64,000 nucleotides of DNA from Gammaproteobacteria bacterium (GCA_965238175.1 CBDEGZ010000003.1:1632001-1696000); one strand, 5' to 3'; counted from the first letter of the stretch, positions 1 to 10,960 are shown. Notes: generated from the sequence alone by a model not told the origin. Numbers and translations: made by a program.

Positions 1-707
1 TCTTATGGTCTATTGATAATACAGACATTAAAAATGAATGGATATTACGCGTTGATGCTGATGAACGATGGACAAAAGAAGGCTTTGATGAGTTGAGGTT
101 GATTATTAGAGATACCACTGTTAATGGTGTGTATGTCAAGATGAAAATATTCTTTATGAAAAGATGGATTAAGTTTGGGGGAAATTACCCAAATTATTTT
201 TTGCGTGTCTATAAAAGATCTAAAGGTAGAATGGAAGATCGTTGGATGGATGAACATATAAAAGTAGAAGGAAAAGTAGTCCATAGTGACATTGACGTTA
301 TAGAATCCAATTATGATCGTCAAGAAAATATTTCACTTTGGACTTCTAAACATAATAGTTACTCTACACGTGAGGCGATAGATTTTTTGATTGCAAAAGA
401 AAATATTTATACCGTTGATACGGTAGCTAATTTGTTTGGTAATAAAACAGAACGAAAGCGTTGGTTAAAAGAAAATATCTATTTTAGAGTTCCTTTGTTT
501 GTGAGACCTGTACTCTATTTTATATATCGATATATTTTTCAACTCGGTTTCTTGGATGGGAAAGAAGGCTATATATATCATACCCTCCATGCTTTCTGGT
601 ATCGCTTTCTTGTTGATGTGAAAATATATCAAATTCAACAACTAGCTAAGAGAGATGGGGCTAACATTCAGAGTGTTGTTAAAAATCATTACGGTATAGA
701 AATTTAA
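1..707 (+). CDS. Glycosyltransferase family 2 (5'-partial, begins before the window)
   Basis: Frame is open from position 3 (LWSIDNTDIKNEWILRVDADERW, DxD motif); C-terminal YIFQLGFLDGKEG typical of KdtX/WcaA-like GT2. Confidence 0.85.
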   Translation, partial: LWSIDNTDIKNEWILRVDADERWTKEGFDELRLIIRDTTVNGVYVKMKIFFMKRWIKFGGNYPNYFLRVYKRSKGRMEDRWMDEHIKVEGKVVHSDIDVIESNYDRQENISLWTSKHNSYSTREAIDFLIAKENIYTVDTVANLFGNKTERKRWLKENIYFRVPLFVRPVLYFIYRYIFQLGFLDGKEGYIYHTLHAFWYRFLVDVKIYQIQQLAKRDGANIQSVVKNHYGIEI

Positions 708-711
708 TAGT

Positions 712-1746
712 ATGAAGAATATGTTTACAGATAAAATATTACTGATCACGGGTGGAACGGGTTCATTTGGTAACGCAGTGTTAAGACGTTTCTTAGATAC
801 AGATATAAAAGAAATACGTATTTTCTCACGTGATGAGAAAAAACAAGATGACATGCGTAAGTTTTATAATAAAAATAAGCTGAAATTCTATCTTGGAGAT
901 GTGCGCGATGTGAACTCTATTACTGATGCAATGCGAGGGGTGGATTATGTGTTTCACGCTGCAGCCTTGAAACAGGTGCCTTCCTGTGAGTTTTATCCTA
1001 TGCAGGCAGTTCAAACTAATGTTATAGGTACTGAAAATGTGCTTAACGCTGCTATCAATTCAAATGTTAAGAAAGTTATTGTTTTGAGTACCGATAAGGC
1101 AGTCTACCCGATTAATGCTATGGGTGTTTCAAAAGCAATGATGGAAAAAGTGGCTGTCGCTAAATCACGAAATCTAAGTGACGATAAGTTAATAATTTGT
1201 TGTACTCGCTATGGTAATGTCATGGCTTCTCGTGGTTCGGTTATCCCTCTGTTTATTGATCAAATAAGAACGGGGAAAGAGATTACGATTACTGATCCGA
1301 ATATGACTCGTTTTATGATGAGTCTTGATCAGGCTGTGGAGTTGGTGCTATTTGCATTTGATAATGGTAGTAATGGTGATATTTTTGTTCAGAAAGCACC
1401 TGCAGCCACAATTGAACTATTAACCACAACGTTGAAAAATATATTCAACAAACCAGATCATAAGGTCAATATTATTGGTACACGTCATGGTGAAAAGCTA
1501 TATGAGACTTTGCTAACAAGAGAAGAGACGGTAACGGCAGAGGATATGGGTGATTATTATCGTATTCCTGCTGATTCACGCGACCTTAATTACAGTCAGT
1601 TTGTAGAAGAAGGTGAAACTATAGTTGCCCAATCTGAGGAGTATCATTCTCATAATACACATAGGCTAAATCAAGCTGAGTTGGCTGATATGTTACTCGG
1701 GCTAAGAGAAATACAGGAAGATCTACAGGAATTTGGGGTTATTTAA
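712..1746 (+). CDS. fnlA: UDP-GlcNAc 4,6-dehydratase/epimerase FnlA (WbjB/CapE)
   Basis: TGGTGSFG, HAAALKQVPSCEFYP, STDKAVYPINAMG, RYGNVMASRGSV motifs; first gene of the fnlABC trio. Confidence 0.93.
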   Translation: MKNMFTDKILLITGGTGSFGNAVLRRFLDTDIKEIRIFSRDEKKQDDMRKFYNKNKLKFYLGDVRDVNSITDAMRGVDYVFHAAALKQVPSCEFYPMQAVQTNVIGTENVLNAAINSNVKKVIVLSTDKAVYPINAMGVSKAMMEKVAVAKSRNLSDDKLIICCTRYGNVMASRGSVIPLFIDQIRTGKEITITDPNMTRFMMSLDQAVELVLFAFDNGSNGDIFVQKAPAATIELLTTTLKNIFNKPDHKVNIIGTRHGEKLYETLLTREETVTAEDMGDYYRIPADSRDLNYSQFVEEGETIVAQSEEYHSHNTHRLNQAELADMLLGLREIQEDLQEFGVI

Positions 1747-2861
1747 TGAGAGTTCTGGTTACGGGCAGTGATGGATTTGTTGGTAAAAATCTTATCGAAA
1801 AATTAAGCCGGATTGATGATCTTGAAATCGTCACATTTAATAGATCAGATACAGTTGAAGACCTAACTTTAATTATTAATGAGATTGATTTTATTTTTCA
1901 TCTTGCAGGCGTTAATCGGCCGGAAAACACAGATGAATTTTATGTTGGCAATACAGAACTGATCAAAAAAATTATCGTTGTTCTAGAAAAAAATGATTGT
2001 AATATTCCGATATTACTTAGCTCATCAATTCAGGCAGAAAATGATAATAATTATGGGAAAAGTAAGAGTCAAGCTGAGGAAGTTCTTGTTATTTATGCCC
2101 ACAATAATAATGTGCCTGTATATATCTACCGTTTGCCCAATGTTTTTGGGAAGTGGTGTCGCCCAAACTATAACTCTGTTATTGCTACATGGTGTTATAA
2201 CCTGACTCATAATCTACCTATTAAAATCAATGATGAAAATGCGGATCTGAGTCTAGTCTATATTGATGATGTGGTTGATAACTTCACTAACCATCTTGAT
2301 TTTGAAGGGCAAGCTAAAGTTAATGATTATTATTACAGAATAGATACAGTATATGAAAAAAAATTGATAGAAATTCGAGATTTACTGATTGAATTTGGTA
2401 ATAGTAGAAAGGACTTGATGGTATCAGAAGTTGGCGTTGGGTTTGAAAGGGCTTTATATGCTACTTATCTTAGCTACTTTCCTGCCGATCAATTTTCCTA
2501 TGAATTAAGTGGACATAGTGATGCTAGAGGAACTTTTTATGAGATTCTTAAAACATTTGGAAGTGGGCAGTTTTCAATTTCTACAACAAAACCAGGAATT
2601 ACTCGAGGAAATCACTATCACAATACTAAAAACGAAAAATTTCTGGTTATTAAAGGTGAAGCTCTTATTAGATTGAGGCAGATCCATAGTGATGAAATTG
2701 TCGATTATAAAGTGAGTGATAAAAAGATGGAAGTCGTCGAAATGATACCTGGCTATACTCATAACATTACCAATGTAGGCAGTAGCGAAATGTTGTTTCT
2801 AATCTGGGCAAATGAGGTGTTTGATCCCGATAATCCTGATACATATTATTTAGAGGTGTAG
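1746..2861 (+). CDS. fnlB: FnlB (WbjC/CapF) SDR reductase with C-terminal cupin
   Basis: TGSDGFVG, HLAGVNRP, FGKWCRPNYNS and cupin TRGNHYHNTKNEKF. Confidence 0.92.
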   Translation: MRVLVTGSDGFVGKNLIEKLSRIDDLEIVTFNRSDTVEDLTLIINEIDFIFHLAGVNRPENTDEFYVGNTELIKKIIVVLEKNDCNIPILLSSSIQAENDNNYGKSKSQAEEVLVIYAHNNNVPVYIYRLPNVFGKWCRPNYNSVIATWCYNLTHNLPIKINDENADLSLVYIDDVVDNFTNHLDFEGQAKVNDYYYRIDTVYEKKLIEIRDLLIEFGNSRKDLMVSEVGVGFERALYATYLSYFPADQFSYELSGHSDARGTFYEILKTFGSGQFSISTTKPGITRGNHYHNTKNEKFLVIKGEALIRLRQIHSDEIVDYKVSDKKMEVVEMIPGYTHNITNVGSSEMLFLIWANEVFDPDNPDTYYLEV

Positions 2862-2866
2862 TTAGG

Positions 2867-4000
2867 ATGAAAAAATTGAAAGTGATTACGGTGGTTGGTA
2901 CACGCCCGGAGATTATCAGGCTTTCTTCTGTACTCAAGAAACTGGATGAAACAGAATGTTTTGATCATGTTCTCATACACACAGGACAAAATTATGATTA
3001 TGAGTTGAATGAAGTATTTTTTAAAGATTTAGGTATTAAAAAACCAGACTACTTTCTAAGTGCTGCAGGCAAAAATGCAACAGAGACTATTGGTCAAATT
3101 TTGATCAATGTCGATCCAATACTCGAAAAAGAAACCCCTGATGCTTTTTTAGTATTGGGTGACACAAATAGTTGCTTGTGTGCTATCCCCGCTAAGAAAC
3201 GACAGATCCCTATTTTTCATATGGAAGCAGGAAATCGTTGTTTTGATCAGAGAGTGCCTGAAGAAACAAATCGTAAGATTGTTGATCATATCAGCGATAT
3301 GAATTTAACCTATAGTGATATCGCTAGAGAGTATTTATTAAGGGAAGGATTATCTGCAGATCGTATTATAAAAACAGGTAGTCCGATGTTTGAAGTTATT
3401 CAATCACATCTAAACAAAATAAATAGATCCCTTGTTCTTGAGAATTTGGAACTTGATAAAGAGAAATATTTTGTTGTTTCTGCACACAGAGAAGAGAATA
3501 TTTCGTCAGACCAAAATTTTTTTGGACTGGTTGATACTCTAAATATAATTGCAGAGCAATATAAACTGCCTATCATTGTTTCTACTCATCCTCGAACACG
3601 AAACAGGATTCAAGAAACAGGGGTTAAGTTTAATTCTCTGATTAAGCTAATGAAACCACTTGGTTTTATTGATTATGTGAAACTTCAGATTGAAGCAAAA
3701 GCAGTTTTGTCTGATAGTGGAACGATTTCTGAAGAGTCGTCTATTTTGAATTTTCCTGCATTAAATATTAGAAATGCTCATGAACGCCCTGAAGCGATGG
3801 AAGAAGCATCTGTATTGATGGTTGGATTAAATAAAGAACGTGTCATGCAAGGCTTGTCTATGTTGGAGAAACAAGATAAGTCAGATAAAAGAATACTAAG
3901 GCAAGTAGGTGATTACTCAATGCCTAATGTTTCAGATAAGGTTGTTCGTATCATTCTTTCATATACAGACTATATTAATCGAGTTGTTTGGCAAAAATAG
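2867..4000 (+). CDS. fnlC: FnlC (WbjD/CapG) non-hydrolysing 2-epimerase
   Basis: VVGTRPEIIR, HTGQNYDYELN, HMEAGNRCFDQRVPEETNR, SDSGTISEE. Confidence 0.93.
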   Translation: MKKLKVITVVGTRPEIIRLSSVLKKLDETECFDHVLIHTGQNYDYELNEVFFKDLGIKKPDYFLSAAGKNATETIGQILINVDPILEKETPDAFLVLGDTNSCLCAIPAKKRQIPIFHMEAGNRCFDQRVPEETNRKIVDHISDMNLTYSDIAREYLLREGLSADRIIKTGSPMFEVIQSHLNKINRSLVLENLELDKEKYFVVSAHREENISSDQNFFGLVDTLNIIAEQYKLPIIVSTHPRTRNRIQETGVKFNSLIKLMKPLGFIDYVKLQIEAKAVLSDSGTISEESSILNFPALNIRNAHERPEAMEEASVLMVGLNKERVMQGLSMLEKQDKSDKRILRQVGDYSMPNVSDKVVRIILSYTDYINRVVWQK

Positions 4001-4006
4001 TAGTGT

Positions 4007-5200
4007 ATGAAAATTTGTTTGATAATTGATGATTATTTGCCCCATAGTATAAAAGTTGGGGCGAAAATGATGCATGAATTAGGCCTTGAATTTGTTACTT
4101 TGGGACATGAGGTAACAGTTATTACACCTGTTCCTGATTTGGTTTCAAGCTCTGAGATAATTGAACTTGACAAAATTAAGGTATGCCGTTTTCGTTCGGG
4201 TGAAATAAAGAATGTTTCTAAAGTCAGAAGAGCAATAAACGAAACCCTACTTTCATATCACGCGTGGAAAACATATAAAAACTATTTTAGAAAGAATCCT
4301 CATGATTTTATTGTTTATTATTCACCGACTATTTTTTGGGGTCAGTTGGTTTCAAAACTTAAAGAATTATGGGGTGTTCAGAGCTACCTAATCTTACGTG
4401 ATTTTTTCCCACAGTGGGCAATAGATAACGGACTCTTGAATGATAATTCCCTTATTACGAATTATTTCAGGTTTTTTGAACGGATAAATTACCAAGCAGC
4501 TGATACTATTGCAATTCAGTCGCCTAAAAATCTAGCATGGTTTTCTAAAACCACGAATACGGAAAGGCAGCTAGACCTTCTTTATAACTGGGCAGCTGAT
4601 GAACCTATAGCAGATGGTGAGAGTTACTATCGCCAACAACTTTGTTTAGAAAATAAAGTTGTGTATTTCTACGGGGGTAATATTGGTCATGCACAGGATA
4701 TGATGAATATTATGCGGCTGGCTAAATCATTGAGTTCTGAAGAAAGGGCTCATTTTGTTTTGGTGGGTAATGGTGATGAGGTTGAACTTGTTCGTGCCGC
4801 GATAGAGAAAGATGGCTTGCAGAATATAACCTTGTTGCCACCGGTATCACAAGATGAATTTAAACAAATGCTCGCTGAATTTGATATAGGACTATTCAGT
4901 TTGCATCGCGATCATACAACGCATAATTTCCCGGGAAAGTTATTAGGCTATATGGTTCAAAAGAAGCCTATTTTAGGTAGTATTAATGCTGAAAATGATC
5001 TGAAACCAATCATCGAAGATGCTAGGGCTGGATTTATTACTGTCAACGGTAATGATGAGGGCTTTTCTACAAACGCATTGAAATTATTGCATGATAATTT
5101 ATTAAGAAAAGCTACGGGTAGAAATGCAAAAAAGTTGTTGTACAAGACATTTTCTGTTGAGGCTGCTGCAAAAAAGATTTTAGGATCAAGTCAACTCTAA
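4007..5200 (+). CDS. GT4 glycosyltransferase, WbuB-like L-FucNAc transferase
   Basis: DDYLPHS..GAKMMHEL, YGGNIGHAQD, NFPGKLLGYM; follows fnlABC. Confidence 0.85.
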   Translation: MKICLIIDDYLPHSIKVGAKMMHELGLEFVTLGHEVTVITPVPDLVSSSEIIELDKIKVCRFRSGEIKNVSKVRRAINETLLSYHAWKTYKNYFRKNPHDFIVYYSPTIFWGQLVSKLKELWGVQSYLILRDFFPQWAIDNGLLNDNSLITNYFRFFERINYQAADTIAIQSPKNLAWFSKTTNTERQLDLLYNWAADEPIADGESYYRQQLCLENKVVYFYGGNIGHAQDMMNIMRLAKSLSSEERAHFVLVGNGDEVELVRAAIEKDGLQNITLLPPVSQDEFKQMLAEFDIGLFSLHRDHTTHNFPGKLLGYMVQKKPILGSINAENDLKPIIEDARAGFITVNGNDEGFSTNALKLLHDNLLRKATGRNAKKLLYKTFSVEAAAKKILGSSQL

Positions 5201-5292
5201 ATTTATAAAGGATAGTCAATAACACTAAGTCGTTCTTGCTAGCCTGTACAAAGCCTTATAGCATTGTCCAAAATATAACTTTGATAATTTGT

Positions 5293-5386
5293 ATGACAGC
5301 AAAATACTGAACTGCTTGAAGTCTCTCCGATCATTTGGGGTTTTCTCGTACTATCATTGATGTTAATGGGTGTGTACTATTTTGAT
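5293..5386 (+). pseudogene. Possible 5' remnant of an exosortase (XrtD-like) gene
   Basis: Degenerate hydrophobic reading SPIIWGFLVLSLMLMGVYYFD, cut off by an IS66-like end at 5387; upstream sequence resembles that at 6418-6435. Confidence 0.35.
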
Positions 5387-5700
5387 GTAGTTGTCACCGT
5401 ATGTTGACGCGGTGTTTGTGTTCTGTAATTAAACGCGTGATAAACTCAAGATATTGTATTGGGAACATACGGGGGTGTTTATGGCATCAACGACTGGAAC
5501 AAAATCGTTTTAAATGGCCGCATGAATTGGATGAGTCGGTGGTTATGTTGACCCCACAGCAACTTGCTGGATTACTGCGTGGATTATCGATTATGGAGCA
5601 TTAAGACCGGCACTATTCGGTTTTATCCTGATGCGGTAATGGTATAATCCGTACCATGAGTACGGCTACTTTAGAATAGGAAATCACTACGTTAAAAAAG
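5387..5700 (+). mobile_element. IS66-family remnant (tnpB pseudogene, possible tnpC start)
   Basis: LFVFCN*TRDKLKILYWEHTG frameshifted into CLWHQRLEQNRFKWP...LTPQQLAGLLRG, the TnpB signature; GTAGTTGTCACC end at 5387. Confidence 0.75.
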
Positions 5701-5800
5701 AGCGACTTGATAACTGGGAGTTATTGGGAAATGGAGAAGGGATCCATTGACCAGAGATAGATGAAGATCTCAGTGTTACCGGATTATTGGTTGGTTCTCA
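5700..5800 (+). pseudogene. DUF2442 antitoxin-like fragment
   Basis: Reads ERLDNWELLGNGEGIH*PEIDEDLSVTGLLVG, matching the GIHWPxxDEDLSVxGLL C-terminus of DUF2442. Confidence 0.65.
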
Positions 5801-5844
5801 TTAAATACTTTGAGCATCTAAAGTTTTTCAGTATAGCTAATCAT

Positions 5845-5948
5845 CTGAATACAAAAGAATTAGTTGATCAGGCTGCTTCATTGCCACAGGAGATCGTGCG
5901 TTGATAGTTGATTCATTGCTACGAAGCCTCAGTCAGCCTGATAAAGTG
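5845..5948 (+). pseudogene. Addiction-module antitoxin (TIGR02574-like) fragment
   Basis: NTKELVDQAASLP, frameshift, DRALIVDSLLRSLSQPDK. Confidence 0.6.
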
Positions 5949-6464
5949 AAAACCTCTGTGCTCATTTGTATTAACAAGCTTATAAGGATGTATCATGGGG
6001 TGTGAGATTATAAGGTGGGTATTGTTAGCTAATACTATCTGAACTTGGGATAAGGAAAGACAATGACTCCTTATGGTTCAATAGTTTATCCGCAAAGCAT
6101 AAATCTCGGCAGGAGCAGAGGACCCATAATGTTCTCATTTAAAGCTCAACGGTGATGTACAACGAAAAAAGTCAGAACCAATTGATTATATTAAACGATC
6201 CACAAGTTATTCAGATAATGAATTCCGATTTTTAAATCAATCACGCGCAGTTCCTGATAAAGATTAGCTGGAATGGATGCTACACAAGTTAAGTTATGGC
6301 TAAATGTTACCTGGAAATAATTGAGGAAACAGTTAAGATAAATACTTAAGTTAATTGAGTTGTGGATTGAAATGTGAAGGATAGTTATTAAACCACTGAA
6401 CTTATAGCTCACCTTAGCAAAGTCTTATAGCATTACCCCTAATAAACTTGCACAAGAAGATTAT

Positions 6465-6703
6465 ATGACGTCAATAAGCACTAATTACTGGGTACTTTCA
6501 CTATTTAGTTCAATTGAACATTTGTTGAGGTTATTTTTATTGGTTTTATTCTCGGGTTCATTAACAAAGCAACGAAGCGATGTTTTTGGGTGCGTTTGAC
6601 AACACTTATAGGTCCGGGTCAAGATTGGGCTGCTGGTGATGAATTGATCAGAAAATTTGCTAAGGATTTAGGTACAACATTGGATCCGTATATTCCTGAA
6701 TAG
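6465..6703 (+). pseudogene. Internally deleted exosortase/EpsI remnant
   Basis: SLTKQRSD, frameshift, VRLTTLIGPGQDWAAGDELIRKFAKDLGTTLDPYIPE* resembles the EpsI C-terminus (RSDGALVRL); lies just before wecA/prsT. Confidence 0.6.
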
Positions 6704-6749
6704 AGCTTCTAACTTACTTTAGTCCTAACACACCCTATTTTAATACTCT

Positions 6750-8423
6750 ATGAACGATACGCTCATTCAGATAACTGATGATACCTCACCTTTGGTGGCT
6801 ATGGTTATCGCAATGGCTATCAGTATGTTGGTTATACCTGTTGTCTGGCGATATGCTGTCAAACTTGGAATGATGGATGAGCCGGGTGAACGTAAGGTTC
6901 ATGACAGAGCCATACCCAGGGTTGGTGGTTTAGGTATCATCGCTGGTGCATTAATTACCGTATTTTCACTACTACATATTGATCCAACTATAATGTCTTT
7001 TTTATTGGGTGCTTTAGTGATTGTCATCTTTGGGGTTTGGGATGACACACGTCAGGTAGAACCCTATCTAAAATTTCTCGGCCAATTTATAGCTATTTCA
7101 ATTATTATTTTTTATGGAGATATCTGGATAAAACAATTACCGTTTACTGGGAGTGATGATATTTCCCCTTGGGTAGGGATCCCATTCACTTACTTTGCCA
7201 TTATTGGTATGACGAATGCTGTTAATACATCAGATGGTTTGGATGGTATGGCGGGTGGAGAATCCTTATTAAGTCTGATCGTAATCGCTTTCTTAGCTTA
7301 TATCGCAAATGCTGGGGTTGATGGAATGGTTGCTTGTGTAATTGCGACAAGTTGTATCGGTGGTACTTTGGGGTTTCTTCGGTATAACACACATCCAGCA
7401 GATATTTTTATGGGAGATACGGGTAGTCAGTTTTTAGGTTATTCCTTAGGTTTTCTTGCTGTTTTGGTGACGCAAAAAGTTCATCCTTCGTTAAGTCCTG
7501 CATTGACCTTATTATTTCTGGGCTTGCCGGTGATTGATCTACTTGGTGTTATGGCGATACGAATAAAAAATGGACATAACCCCTTGCATGCTGATAGGAC
7601 TCATATCCATCATCGATTACTTGATCTGGGTTTTGATCATTATGAAACGGTTATCATTATATATTCGTTACAAACAATACTTGTAATCAGTGCAATATTT
7701 TTACGTTATGAAAGTGATTTGTTAATTATTCTTCTGTATATATCAACGGCGATAATTATTCTAGGTCTATTAACTATAGCTGAGCGAAGTGGTTGGCGAA
7801 CGGGAGTAGACGTGCAAGAACGAACAAAATTGTTTTCAACAGTTCATTATTTTCGTAGCCATAAAATCGATATTATTCGAATCGCACATAATGTGATCAA
7901 AATCATTATTCCATTCTATTTTATCTTTGTATCATTGTTTGTTGAAGCTATCCCTCGAGATTTTGGGTTGATTGCTGCAGTCTTATTCATCGTGATGACT
8001 TTGGATATGATCTTTAACAAAGATAAAAATAGTTTTTCGCTTAGCGGCGGGATCTATATTGCGGCAATTTTCTCTGTTTATCTGGTTGGACATTCTGAAG
8101 CGATTAAAGACTTTTCCTATCTGGATATTATTCCCTTTATCTTGTTAGCCGGTGCTATCGGAATTGTTGTACGTTATGGAATGGATAAGAAATTCCAAAC
8201 ATCACCAATGGATTATTTGATTGTCTTTGGTGTATTTGCCGTTGCTGTATTCGGGGAACGTTACTTGCAAATTAAAGATATTGGTATTTTGATCATAAAA
8301 TGCATGGTTATTTTGTACGGTTGCGAAGTGCTGCTGATGCGTATGGAAAAACGTGTTAATTCTTTGAATCTTATTTCCCTACTTGCTTTGCTTATTTTGG
8401 CTTTTCGCGGTTTACTTACATAA
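6750..8423 (+). CDS. wecA: WecA/MraY-family undecaprenyl-phosphate GlcNAc-1-P transferase with C-terminal membrane extension
   Basis: RKVH..IPRVGG, WDD, NTSDGLDG, FMGDTGS, DRTHIHHRL. Confidence 0.85.
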   Translation: MNDTLIQITDDTSPLVAMVIAMAISMLVIPVVWRYAVKLGMMDEPGERKVHDRAIPRVGGLGIIAGALITVFSLLHIDPTIMSFLLGALVIVIFGVWDDTRQVEPYLKFLGQFIAISIIIFYGDIWIKQLPFTGSDDISPWVGIPFTYFAIIGMTNAVNTSDGLDGMAGGESLLSLIVIAFLAYIANAGVDGMVACVIATSCIGGTLGFLRYNTHPADIFMGDTGSQFLGYSLGFLAVLVTQKVHPSLSPALTLLFLGLPVIDLLGVMAIRIKNGHNPLHADRTHIHHRLLDLGFDHYETVIIIYSLQTILVISAIFLRYESDLLIILLYISTAIIILGLLTIAERSGWRTGVDVQERTKLFSTVHYFRSHKIDIIRIAHNVIKIIIPFYFIFVSLFVEAIPRDFGLIAAVLFIVMTLDMIFNKDKNSFSLSGGIYIAAIFSVYLVGHSEAIKDFSYLDIIPFILLAGAIGIVVRYGMDKKFQTSPMDYLIVFGVFAVAVFGERYLQIKDIGILIIKCMVILYGCEVLLMRMEKRVNSLNLISLLALLILAFRGLLT

Positions 8424-8542
8424 GTCTCGAACTATCAACTGTGTGAGCGATTGATTTTCTTTACAAATGTTTCCACTACTTTTATTGTTTAATTATCCTC
8501 TGGTAGTAGGATCCGCTTACATATGAATAAAATACTCAGGAA

Positions 8543-10960
8543 TTGATTATGAGAAATTTTAGTAAATTGGTTTGCAGTTCTACTTTTGTTATCCTTTTTA
8601 GTGTTTTTCTTACTTCATGCGGTGGTGCAGAAGATCGTAAAGCGGCCTACATGGAGCGAGGTCTGGTTCTGGTCGCGGAAGGTAATCATGAGAAAGCACA
8701 GCTTGAATTCAAAAATGCTTTGCAGATTGATCCCAAAGATGCAAATGCACATTATCAACTTGGGCTGACATTAGAAAAACTGGGTGAGTGGCGACCAGCA
8801 ATGAGTCAATTCTTGGCAACGCTTCAGTTAGATGAAACGCACAAGGGTGCAAATATCCATGCAGGACAAGTGTACTTGTTGGCGGGTCAGTTAGATAAAG
8901 CGTTAGAAAGTGCGGAATCTGTTATAGCAGCCGATCCTGGTAACCCTGATGCACTTGTGTTGCGCGGTGGTGTTAAAGTTAAAAGTGGTGACGTTCCAGG
9001 CGGCTTTGCCGATGGGCTTGCCGCATTGAAAATTGATCCATCACACATAAATGCTACTGCTCTGGTTTCTTCGCTGCATCTTACTCAAAATGAGCCCGTA
9101 ATGGCAATGCAACTACTTGAGAAAGGGATACAGAATAACCCCGGTAACACGAGTTTAATGACCTTGAAAGCAAAAGTGTTTATGGTACAAAAAAATGCTG
9201 AAGCAGCAGGACAAGTTCTTGAAGAAATTGTTAAAGCTGATCCCAAAAATATGTTGCAACGTTATCAGCTAGCCAGCTTTTATATTAGTCAGAAGCATCT
9301 GGATAAGGCGGAAAATACACTTCGAGCAGCCGTCACGTATGAAAAAGAGCAGGGAGAAAAAAGTAATAAATCAACATTATTGCTAATCGAGTTTTTAGCT
9401 CAATATCGTGGTTTTGAAGCCGCAGAGAAAGAGCTATTGGTTAATATTGAGAGTCACCCAGAAGAATCTGATTATCAGTTTGGTTTGGCTAATTTGTATA
9501 AATCGAAAGATTTACAAAAGAGCCTGGAAATATTACAGAACATTGTTGATCACAATCCGTATGGAGCGCCTGAAGGATTGGAAGCAAAATCTGAAATGGC
9601 TGTCATTCATATGCAACAAAAAAATCCTGATGAAGCTGGAAAGTTAGCTGAAGATGTCTTGCAGGAAAATTCACAAGATGTTAATTCGTTAACTGTTCGC
9701 GGCAGTATCGCACTATTAAGAAATAAGCCGACCAAAGCAATAGAAGATTTCCGATCAGTTTTAAGATCTGATCCTAGTTCTAGTAAGCATCTACGATTAT
9801 TAGCACACGCACACAATGCAAACGGTGAAATAGGTTTGGCGCGAGAAGCAATGGAAAAAGCCGTTGAAGCATCACCGCAAAATCCTGCTTTACGATCAGA
9901 GCTTGCTGAGATTTTATTGAAGCTAGGAAAGCCTGATCTTGCTATTGCACAGGTTGAAAAAGTGCTTGCAATAGCTCCGGATAACGCTGCGGCTTTAGAA
10001 ACACTTTTTAAACTACAGTCAGCAAAACAGGATTGGACCGCTGCGTTAACAACTGCTGAAAAGATGAAAGAAGCATTACCTGAAAGTGGTGAAGGTTATC
10101 ATTTGTCAGGTCTTGCGCAGCAGATGCAGAATGATTTTTCCGCAAGTATCAATGAATACACTGCTGCACTCGAAAAATCCCCAAATGCAATACAACCACT
10201 AGCCCAGCTTGTCCGTGGTTATATGGCTGAAGATAAAGCTGATGAAGCACTTGCACGCGTCGACAAGGTATTAGCACAAAATCCTGACAATCATGTGGCT
10301 TCGAACATGAAAGCTGAGATATTGCTTGCACAAAATAAAATCCCAGAAGCACGTGAAGTCCTACGTAAAGTAATCAAGTTGAAACCTGATTATCGTAGTT
10401 CTTATGTAAGTCTAGGAAGATCTTATGCGGTAGAGAATAATACGGATGAGGTAATTAAGGTTTATGAATCAGGTTTGAAGACAATACCGAAAGATCCGGT
10501 TTTGATCACAGGTCTTGCAAGTATTTATGAACGTACTGGCGAGCAACAAAAAGCAATTTCACTATATAAACAAGTTTTAGAAAGCGAACCCAGAAATATA
10601 TTAGTAGCAAATAATTTAGCAATGCTTTATGTAGATAAAGTGGGAACGCCTGAAGCGTTAGGTAAGGCTGAAAAACTGTTAAAGATACTTGAAGATACTA
10701 AAAATGTTGCTTATAAAGATACGATTGGTTGGGTATACTATAAACTGGGTAATTATGCTAAGGCAATAACTATCCTGGATGATGTTGTATCTCAAGCACC
10801 ACAGGAACCAGTTCTCCAATACCATCTTGGCATGGCTTACTTCAAAGATGGAAAGTCAAAAACATTAGCGATGAAACACTTACAACTTGCAATGAGTAAT
10901 GGTCGAGATTTTTCAGGGAAGGGTGAAACAGAAGAAGCTTTAAAAGAACTTGAGAAATAA
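8543..10960 (+). CDS. prsT: PEP-CTERM system TPR lipoprotein, PrsT-like
   Basis: Lipobox LTSC, EFKNALQIDP, many TPRs, terminal NNLA...DTIGWVYYK...YHLGMAY; EPS and CTERM context. Confidence 0.75.
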   Translation: MIMRNFSKLVCSSTFVILFSVFLTSCGGAEDRKAAYMERGLVLVAEGNHEKAQLEFKNALQIDPKDANAHYQLGLTLEKLGEWRPAMSQFLATLQLDETHKGANIHAGQVYLLAGQLDKALESAESVIAADPGNPDALVLRGGVKVKSGDVPGGFADGLAALKIDPSHINATALVSSLHLTQNEPVMAMQLLEKGIQNNPGNTSLMTLKAKVFMVQKNAEAAGQVLEEIVKADPKNMLQRYQLASFYISQKHLDKAENTLRAAVTYEKEQGEKSNKSTLLLIEFLAQYRGFEAAEKELLVNIESHPEESDYQFGLANLYKSKDLQKSLEILQNIVDHNPYGAPEGLEAKSEMAVIHMQQKNPDEAGKLAEDVLQENSQDVNSLTVRGSIALLRNKPTKAIEDFRSVLRSDPSSSKHLRLLAHAHNANGEIGLAREAMEKAVEASPQNPALRSELAEILLKLGKPDLAIAQVEKVLAIAPDNAAALETLFKLQSAKQDWTAALTTAEKMKEALPESGEGYHLSGLAQQMQNDFSASINEYTAALEKSPNAIQPLAQLVRGYMAEDKADEALARVDKVLAQNPDNHVASNMKAEILLAQNKIPEAREVLRKVIKLKPDYRSSYVSLGRSYAVENNTDEVIKVYESGLKTIPKDPVLITGLASIYERTGEQQKAISLYKQVLESEPRNILVANNLAMLYVDKVGTPEALGKAEKLLKILEDTKNVAYKDTIGWVYYKLGNYAKAITILDDVVSQAPQEPVLQYHLGMAYFKDGKSKTLAMKHLQLAMSNGRDFSGKGETEEALKELEK

